Shown here in pieces: positions 57,428 to 64,000 of a stretch of 64,000 bases of DNA. The stretch spans positions 454-64,453 of the forward strand of contig JBEKBN010000006.1 in NCBI GenBank assembly GCA_050015375.1, given 5' to 3'. The notes beneath the pieces are model-generated. The model saw only the letters and a program-made list of their open reading frames with translations. It had not been told where the DNA came from and searched no databases. Every line of letters starts with the position of its first letter. The stretch's first letter is position 1. The DNA is from Minisyncoccia bacterium (lineage in GTDB: Bacteria; Patescibacteriota; Minisyncoccia; 2-02-FULL-40-12; IGHO2-01-FULL-4-A). A program made the position numbers and the translations under genes.

Positions 57428-58509
57428 AGAAGCACAAAAAATATTTTTCAATTCCCATTATCCTTTTCTTGATCCTTTTGGTTTTAACCTTGGCTTGGAA
57501 TTTGCTTTCCATCAGGCCGGTTCCCGAAAAAGTAAATTACGGCGTTTCGTTCAGCGTTTTTCATTCCAACGAACTCAATCTGGATTGGAAAAAAACATAT
57601 TTGGCGATCTTAGACGATCTTAAGGTCAGGAACTTGCGGCTTACCGCTCATTGGCCGCTGACCGAGCCGGCCGACGGCAAATACGATTTCTCAGAATTGG
57701 ATTTTCAGATAAACGAAGCCGATAAACGCGGCGCGACCTATATTCTGGCCGTCGGCCGGCGCCTGCCCGGCTGGCCGGAATGCCATGTGCCGGATTGGGT
57801 TATGAATCAAGAATCACAAATCACGAATCAAGGTGAAAAAACTGATTTTGAGAACCAAAAGTTATTGGAATATATTCAGACGACCGTTGAGCGTTACAAA
57901 AATTCCCCCGGTCTGAAATATTGGCAAGTCGAGAATGAACCGTTCCTAGGATTTTTCGGCCGTTCGAGCTGCCAATTGACCGACGAGAATTTTTTCAAAC
58001 AGGAGATCGCTCTTGTCCATAAACTCGATCCGACCCATCCGGTTCTGGCGACCGACAGCGGCGAGTTCGGCTATTGGTATCAGGCCTACCGCGACGGTGA
58101 TGTTTTCGGCACCTCCTTGTATCTGTATGTTTGGTGGCGGGCGCTTGGCATCGGCCCCTTGCGTTATCCCATCGGGCCGTCGTTTTTCCGAGTGAAGCAA
58201 AATGTGGTTGATTTTATCGGTTGTGTCTTGGGCGATTCACCCTCACACTCAATTTTTGAGTGTGAGGGCAAGCCGACAATTCTCATTGAACTGGAAGCCG
58301 AGCCCTGGCTTTTAACACCGATCGTTGACGCGCCGATGGCGACTCTCCTTGACCGGATGGGGATTGATAAATTCGAAACCATGATCCAAACCGCCAAAGA
58401 AGCCGGTTTTGGCGACCAATATCTCTGGGGCGCCGAGTGGTGGTATTGGATGGAACAAAATGGCCATCCGGAATTTTGGCAGGCGGCGAAGCAACTTTTT
58501 AACCAATAA
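57424..58509 (+). CDS. Membrane-anchored clan GH-A glycoside hydrolase (GH5/GH42-like)
   Basis: YGVSFS, EPADGKYDFSELD, WPECHVPDW, WQVENEP, ELEAEPW. Confidence 0.78.
   Translation: MKKHKKYFSIPIILFLILLVLTLAWNLLSIRPVPEKVNYGVSFSVFHSNELNLDWKKTYLAILDDLKVRNLRLTAHWPLTEPADGKYDFSELDFQINEADKRGATYILAVGRRLPGWPECHVPDWVMNQESQITNQGEKTDFENQKLLEYIQTTVERYKNSPGLKYWQVENEPFLGFFGRSSCQLTDENFFKQEIALVHKLDPTHPVLATDSGEFGYWYQAYRDGDVFGTSLYLYVWWRALGIGPLRYPIGPSFFRVKQNVVDFIGCVLGDSPSHSIFECEGKPTILIELEAEPWLLTPIVDAPMATLLDRMGIDKFETMIQTAKEAGFGDQYLWGAEWWYWMEQNGHPEFWQAAKQLFNQ
58236..58272. repeat. CCC(C/T)CACACTC palindromic mini-element, copy 4, in frame
   Basis: TTCA-CCCTCACACTCAA-TTT-TTGAGTGTGAGGG-CAAG, encoding SPSHSIFECEG; compensatory change relative to copy 2. 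Confidence 0.9.
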
Positions 58510-58602
58510 TCCGTAATGTATATTAGGGGTCTTTAAACTTGCAAAAACATTTAAATATTTTCCGCTAAAGGTAGATTTGCCCGCGGCGGAAAAAATATAA
58601 AC

Positions 58603-58690
58603 ATGAATCCCGTTAGAGAGCGTGATTTAATTCAACATTTTAGACCGGTTGAATTACACGATTTTAACGGGACTCTCTAACGGGATGAAT
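58603..58690 (+). mobile_element. MITE-like element C on the duplicated htrA start codon
   Basis: ATGAAT-CCCGTTAGAGAG...CTCTCTAACGGG-ATGAAT; ATGs 82 nt apart. Confidence 0.85.
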
Positions 58691-59956
58691 AAAAAAGAAA
58701 TTTCCAGGTTTTTCAGAAGACATTTTATGCTGACCACGATCGTGGCTTGTCTGATCGTCTCGGCACTGGCCGGCGGAATCGTCGGCTATTACAGCGTCGA
58801 GGGCGCGCTTGGCCAGAAACCGGCTTTGCCGAATTTTGTCAAGCAACTGATCAATCCTCAAGCCGGCAATTCAACACCCGCTTTTACCAACGAACAATCT
58901 CAGGTCATCAGCGTCGTCAAAAGCGCCTCACCGGCGGTGGTCAGTATCGTGGCTTCAAAAGATCTGACCACGGTTGAGCAGAACGGCTACAATCCGTTCC
59001 AGGATTTTTGCAGCGATCCGTTCTTCAAACAATTTTTCGGCGACCAGTGCGATTCGGCAACGCCGGCGCCGAAATCCACGACCCAGAAACAACAAGTCGC
59101 GGCCGGCACCGGATTTTTGATAACTTCCGACGGTTTGATCCTGACCAACAAGCATGTCGTTGACATTTCGGGCGCCGATTTCACGGCCATCACCAGCGAC
59201 GGCAAAAGTTATCCGGCCAAGATCTTGGCCACCGATCCGGTTTTGGATGTGGCCTTGGTCAAAATTTCCGGGACTAATTTCCCAACCTTGCCTTTGGCCG
59301 ATTCGAGCCAAATTCAGATCGGTCAGACGGTCATCGCCATCGGCAACGCTTTGGGCCAATTCTCGAACACGGTTTCAAAAGGCGTAATTTCCGGCCTTTC
59401 CCGTTCGATTACCGCCGGAGACAATGCCGGTTCTTCGGAAACGCTAAACTCCGTTATCCAAACCGATGCCGCCATCAACCCGGGTAATTCCGGCGGACCG
59501 CTTTTGGATCTGAGCGGCAATGTCATTGGCATCAACACCGCCATTGCCCAAGGCGCCCAAAATATCGGTTTTGCCATTCCTATCAATCAAGCCAAAAAGG
59601 ATATCGGCCAGGTTAAAACCAGTGGCAAGATCAGCACCGCATACCTTGGCATTCGCTACATCGCCATTGACGACACGGTCAAACAGGAAAATAATCTGAC
59701 GGTGAATTACGGCGCGCTGGTAGTCAGAGGCGACACTCAGGATCAGGTGGCGGTCATGCCCGGCTCGCCGGCCGATATCGCCGGCATCAAAGAGAACGAC
59801 ATTATTCTCGAGGTTAACGGAACCAAAATAGACCAGAACAACGACCTGGCGACATTGCTTCAAAAATACAATGTCGGCCAAACGATCCAGCTGAAAGTTT
59901 TAAGCCAAGGAAAAGAAAAAACCGTTTCGGTGAAACTGGTGGAGAGACCTCAATGA
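58685..59956 (+). CDS. htrA: HtrA/DegP-like serine protease with PDZ domain
   Basis: GTGFLI..LTNKHV, DVALVK, IQTDAAINPGNSGGPL, PDZ GSPADIAGIKEND. Confidence 0.93.
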   Translation: MNKKEISRFFRRHFMLTTIVACLIVSALAGGIVGYYSVEGALGQKPALPNFVKQLINPQAGNSTPAFTNEQSQVISVVKSASPAVVSIVASKDLTTVEQNGYNPFQDFCSDPFFKQFFGDQCDSATPAPKSTTQKQQVAAGTGFLITSDGLILTNKHVVDISGADFTAITSDGKSYPAKILATDPVLDVALVKISGTNFPTLPLADSSQIQIGQTVIAIGNALGQFSNTVSKGVISGLSRSITAGDNAGSSETLNSVIQTDAAINPGNSGGPLLDLSGNVIGINTAIAQGAQNIGFAIPINQAKKDIGQVKTSGKISTAYLGIRYIAIDDTVKQENNLTVNYGALVVRGDTQDQVAVMPGSPADIAGIKENDIILEVNGTKIDQNNDLATLLQKYNVGQTIQLKVLSQGKEKTVSVKLVERPQ

Positions 59957-59962
59957 TCCATC

Positions 59963-60000
59963 GAAGAGCGGCCCGCTCGCGAGCGAGCGGGCCGCTCTTC
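59963..60000. repeat. Perfect 18-bp hairpin after htrA
   Basis: GAAGAGCGGCCCGCTCGC-GA-GCGAGCGGGCCGCTCTTC; no U-tract. Confidence 0.75.
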
Positions 60001-60016
60001 ATAACAGTATGTTGCT

Positions 60017-60052
60017 TTAACCCCCACACTCATGCATGAGAACGGGGGCCAA
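60017..60052. repeat. Degenerate CCCCCACACTC mini-element, copy 5
   Basis: TTAA-CCCCCACACTCAT-GC-ATGAGAACGGGGG-CCAA. Confidence 0.7.
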
Positions 60053-60098
60053 CAATTTTTTTGTTGAATAAATACTTTATTTGTTGTAGAAATGGGGA

Positions 60099-60527
60099 AT
60101 GACGGAAGGTGAGAAAAAATATTTACTGGCGCGGCTGGATGACCTGTCGGGATCGCTCGAAAAAAATATTGGCGGCGCCGATCTGAAAAATATTTTGGAA
60201 TCCGAAAAAATGGTCTTGAAAATGAAACTGGATATTTTGTCGTTGCCGGTTTCGGAAAATGTTAACATGGATTTGCTGAAAAAACCTCGAACTTCGAGTA
60301 TCGGATTTATCCACAGGTTGGGAAATAAAAAAAATCGAGAGGAGATCGAAAAAAAGATTTTGGATCTGATCGGCGATAGGTTAGAAGTTGATAGCCAAGA
60401 AATTTACGCTTTCCTTCCCGAAATTAACAAACGAAACGTCCGGAGAGTGCTAAGCCAGCTTGTCGCGTCAGGAAGGATCAGAAGAGCGGTAAAGGGTAAT
60501 TTGGCGTTCATCAGCCGAATTGAATAA
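60099..60527 (+). CDS. Hypothetical protein with C-terminal wHTH-like segment
   Basis: ILDLIG...EINKRNVRRVLSQLVASGRIRR. Confidence 0.6.
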   Translation: MTEGEKKYLLARLDDLSGSLEKNIGGADLKNILESEKMVLKMKLDILSLPVSENVNMDLLKKPRTSSIGFIHRLGNKKNREEIEKKILDLIGDRLEVDSQEIYAFLPEINKRNVRRVLSQLVASGRIRRAVKGNLAFISRIE

Positions 60528-61278
60528 AAGTGAGGAAAATCAGTTGTGCCGCCTCGGTTGCCGCCTCTAGGTTTAGAGGCAAAAAACGGGGGCTGGCCGT
60601 CTTCCCGGCCCGGCCGAGAAGATGGCCAGCCGACCCGCCGGCAGACCTTATCCACAGCCATTTGCTTGTGGACGGCGCGCGCGGGTTCTACAATGTATTC
60701 ATAACCGTTTAATTATCCACACTTTCGGGCTTGTATGATGTGTGGCTGATAGCATAAAATAAGGTAACGGTTAGTTTCGATGACGATGGTTGACGCAGGG
60801 AAAGGGTTTTGCTAGTATTGAGTGCGAGCCGCAAACAGACGGAGTTCATTGTTTGTTGACGGATATAAACAAGGAAAATCAATGCTTTTAAGAGATCGGA
60901 AAACTGCTGTCAGAAAGTAACCGTTTTGGTTGTTTTTTGCGTTATGCGGATCAATGTCAGTGCGAACTCTAATTACTAATGGCTATTCTTCGCTCCGACA
61001 TTGGTCTACATGGAATGGACATTGAAAACCGAATATATTGTTGCTCTTGATTGAAATTCTATGTAAGTTTTCTATTGATATTGTTGAGTCTTAAATCGGT
61101 CGAGCAAACGTGTTGGCGATAAGGGTCCGTGGTCGAACCCGGATCCGAAATAGCCAGACATGGTAAATCAAGACTCTAGTTTAAGACAAGGAATTATTTC
61201 TCTATTGTTCCCGGGTCAATTGACAAGGGAGCGATAAAGATATGACCGAATAAAAAAGGTCAAAAAATAAAATTAATT

Positions 61279-64000
61279 ATGAGTATTAACTTATCCAACC
61301 GCGGTTCCTTGAAAAAGGTTCTTCCGGTTGTAGTCATTGCGGCAGCGATGCTGGCAGTGGCGGGGTATGTCTGCTTCTCGGCGATTCAAGCCAGCGCAGC
61401 CACGCCTGCACAATACGGATTAAAGGAAGGCATGACCATCAGCGCGGTCGGTTCCAACGATCCGGATGTCTATATCATCAATGACGCGGGTTACAAGAGA
61501 TTGTTCATCAACCCGATCATTTTCAATATGTATGGTCAGTTGGGTGGATTCGCTGACGTACATTCCGTCTCGGCGGCAGTCCGGGACGCTTTCCCGACAT
61601 CGGGATTGTTCCGAAACTGCGAAGCCAACACCCAAGCAGTTTACGGCCTTGAAGTTACCGGCGAAGACACCGGTGTCCTTCACTGGGTGAATGTTACCGG
61701 CGATCAGGCGGTAGCCCAGGACCCGAACTTCTTCCAGAAAGTTTTCTGCATCAACAACAATGAGTTTAATTGGTACACGAATAATGGAACGAATTTCGGA
61801 GCCAATTATTCCTCAATCAGCCAGATCCCGAATTATTCCAGAACACCGGGAGTAACTCCGACATACACTCCAATTCCCAGCGGCCCGATTTCAGTAAGCT
61901 TAGCTTACGACAATCCGCCGTCTGGCACATTAGTCAAATCACAGGCAGCCGCTGATCTCGCCCATTTCCAATTCACCGGAAATAGCGTGGTCACCAATAT
62001 CCAATTTAACAGAATTGGCATCTCGGCTGACACCGACTTGGCTAATGTCTATCTGTACGATGGCGTGAAGCGTTTGACCGATGCCGCGAGCGTCACAAAT
62101 GGCCAGATCACTTTCAACGACACAAGCCCAACCGGCTTATTCACGGTCAATGGCTCACGGGTCATTTCCGTGCGTTCAGACCTGTCATCGAGCACCGGAG
62201 AAACTGTTGGAATTCAGCTCGTCCGCGTTAATGGCAATGCCGTTAACATTTCGGGCAACTTATTTACTGTTGCCAATGCTACATTGGCTACGGTTGTCCT
62301 TTCCAATGGAACAACTCCGGCCGCGAATGATTCTCTTGATCCGGCGAGCGATGTCGTGGTTTGGCAGGATACTGCCACTATCGGCACCCGTTATGTTTGG
62401 ATGAAGAGCTTGCAGATTCGAGTTATCGGTTCTGTCTATGTCGGCGACCTTCAGAACTTCCGTCTCTTAGTTGACGGCGTTCAACAGGGCCAGGCAATTT
62501 CGCAGTCCGATGCCAACGGTTATGTCGTGTTTGATTTGTCCGGTGCTCCGGTAAAACTTGAAACCGGCGGACGCGTCTTGAAAGTTTTGGCTGATGTCAT
62601 CAATGGCTCCAGCAGGAATTTCACGGCGTCATTGCGTCAAGCTCCAGACATATTCGTAGTTGATAACCAGTATGGTCAGAATGTGTTAGCCACGGTCCTT
62701 ACCGGTTCGTTCCCGGACAGCGCCGGCGAACAGACCATCAGCTCCGGCACTTTGACCTTCACCAGAACGCAAGATTCTCCATCGGGAGATGTAGTTAAAG
62801 GCGCCTCTGGCGTGACCTTGGCCAGGTTTGAATTAAAGGCCAATGGTGAAAAGATGAAAGCCGAAAGCTTACGGGCCAATGTTACTTATGCTCCGTTAGG
62901 AGTTACCGGCGCGAAAGCCGCATTTACCCTTCGTAACGGCGCACTGTTCGTCTATGATGAAGCGGCTGGAGTTTCTACGGCTACCCAGATCGGCAGTACC
63001 GCCGCTCTCTGCGGTTCCGGCAATCACACTTGCTCGGGCTATTCAGCTGCCGCCTCGCTTTCCTACACATCATACAGCCTGGGTTCTTCTTTGATCGTTG
63101 AACCGGGCCATCCGAAGATCATTGAAATTCGTGCTGACGCGTATGATGACGGCGATGCTACCGCGTTAACTTCAACCGATACCCTTGTTGCCAACTTTGC
63201 TATCGGCTCGACCAATGTTCAGAGCTTAACCTCTCTGGCATACACAAATGGTCCTACGGCCGCTAAAGCAGGCAATATATTGACCGTAAAAACCGGTTCA
63301 TTCTCCGTTGCAAAATACACGGGTTATGCCAACCAATCAGCGGTAACGCCGTCAAATGGCGTTAAGATCGGACACTTCACATTAATCGATACATCTACCG
63401 AAGATATCAACGTCAATACGATTACCTTCGATGTTGATCAATCCGGCAATATCGGTGCTACTTCGATTACAGACGCTTATATCAAGGTCTATAATGATAC
63501 CGGCTCTGTGATTTACACTTCGCCTTCTAAGGCCAGCATTTCAGTTTCTGCGTCAAACAGCTATTCGGTAAACTTTGTCATACCGAAGAATAAGACCTAT
63601 CAGGTTGAAGTTTGGGGTAATATCGCCGCCGGCCTTACAGCTACGACTGATTACTTCGACTTGAACTTAGACGCTTCTGGAATAACCACAAGTTCTTCCA
63701 CTACCGCGACGGCCACGCAGGCCACCGGACAGGTTATTACAATCCGGTCAGGTTCGTTGAATACCGCTAATGGTGCGGTTCCAGCAGCTCGATTGATCAA
63801 CGGAGGCCAGAGAGCGAATGTCTATAGCTTCACCATTACGCCGACTTATGACGACTACACGCTTGATGAAGTTTATGTGGATATCGCAAGCGGAACCGTT
63901 GCTTCAAACAGCGGTGCGGTTGCCAACTTGTACTTAACGGACGGTTCAACAACCTTGGGTACGGCCACATTAAACAGTTTGACTGGTTCGGCCTCATTCA
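61279..64000 (+). CDS. Large S-layer-like surface protein (3' truncated by window)
   Basis: ATG 61279; signal peptide then YGLKEG..DPDVYIINDAGYKRLFINP..HWVN..FFQKVFCINNNEFNWY; downstream sequence looks like Ser/Thr/Gly/Val-rich coding sequence; no stop-terminated ORF in the track, consistent with running off the end. Confidence 0.85.
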   Translation, partial: MSINLSNRGSLKKVLPVVVIAAAMLAVAGYVCFSAIQASAATPAQYGLKEGMTISAVGSNDPDVYIINDAGYKRLFINPIIFNMYGQLGGFADVHSVSAAVRDAFPTSGLFRNCEANTQAVYGLEVTGEDTGVLHWVNVTGDQAVAQDPNFFQKVFCINNNEFNWYTNNGTNFGANYSSISQIPNYSRTPGVTPTYTPIPSGPISVSLAYDNPPSGTLVKSQAAADLAHFQFTGNSVVTNIQFNRIGISADTDLANVYLYDGVKRLTDAASVTNGQITFNDTSPTGLFTVNGSRVISVRSDLSSSTGETVGIQLVRVNGNAVNISGNLFTVANATLATVVLSNGTTPAANDSLDPASDVVVWQDTATIGTRYVWMKSLQIRVIGSVYVGDLQNFRLLVDGVQQGQAISQSDANGYVVFDLSGAPVKLETGGRVLKVLADVINGSSRNFTASLRQAPDIFVVDNQYGQNVLATVLTGSFPDSAGEQTISSGTLTFTRTQDSPSGDVVKGASGVTLARFELKANGEKMKAESLRANVTYAPLGVTGAKAAFTLRNGALFVYDEAAGVSTATQIGSTAALCGSGNHTCSGYSAAASLSYTSYSLGSSLIVEPGHPKIIEIRADAYDDGDATALTSTDTLVANFAIGSTNVQSLTSLAYTNGPTAAKAGNILTVKTGSFSVAKYTGYANQSAVTPSNGVKIGHFTLIDTSTEDINVNTITFDVDQSGNIGATSITDAYIKVYNDTGSVIYTSPSKASISVSASNSYSVNFVIPKNKTYQVEVWGNIAAGLTATTDYFDLNLDASGITTSSSTTATATQATGQVITIRSGSLNTANGAVPAARLINGGQRANVYSFTITPTYDDYTLDEVYVDIASGTVASNSGAVANLYLTDGSTTLGTATLNSLTGSASF

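Noticed and set aside
58561-58590. Degenerate TCCGC...GCGGA repeat-like sequence, and a similar GC-rich stretch at 41541-41566
   Set aside because: Single degenerate copies; no family can be shown from this window
60307-60721. oriC from three TTATCCACA boxes (60307, 60648, 60713)
   Set aside because: No dnaA or dnaN nearby and similar boxes occur elsewhere (near 36273 and 45554); GC-skew analysis would be needed

Overview
Chromosomal segment of a Patescibacteria (CPR) bacterium, probably Parcubacteria/Paceibacteria and possibly Yanofskybacteria-like; this is inferred from the missing rpmD, SD-less core genes and the surface-protein type. Core genes: the end of the spc operon (rplF', rplR, rpsE, rplO, secY, adk, map), galT, tpiA, pgk, rnhA, lepA, frameshifted prfB, ftsEX and htrA. 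RNA genes: an enlarged RNase P RNA and three tRNAs. Other loci: MacAB-like and DrrAB-like ABC systems, glycosyltransferases and glycoside hydrolases, a TasA/SipW/adhesin/dockerin/cohesin surface locus, and the start of a large S-layer-like gene. The main unusual signal is a dense set of small selfish-looking DNA elements. (1) A GIY-YIG gene enclosed by perfect 19-bp inverted repeats lies between two homologous prfB 5' ends and shares ends and flanks with a family of ~33-nt palindromes inserted in frame in LepA and two glycoside hydrolases. (2) Three CCCGTTAGA...TCTAACGGG elements all sit on duplicated start codons. (3) A Cas2/PaaX-like gene is bracketed by a repeated palindrome. (4) Heptamer arrays are inserted in frame in core enzymes. 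Also seen: a 188-nt structured RNA candidate with a hammerhead-like junction after lepA, a probable remote DGR target gene, and many orphan single-gene cassettes with canonical promoter/SD/terminator signals between SD-less core genes. All calls come from reading the sequence; no searches were run.
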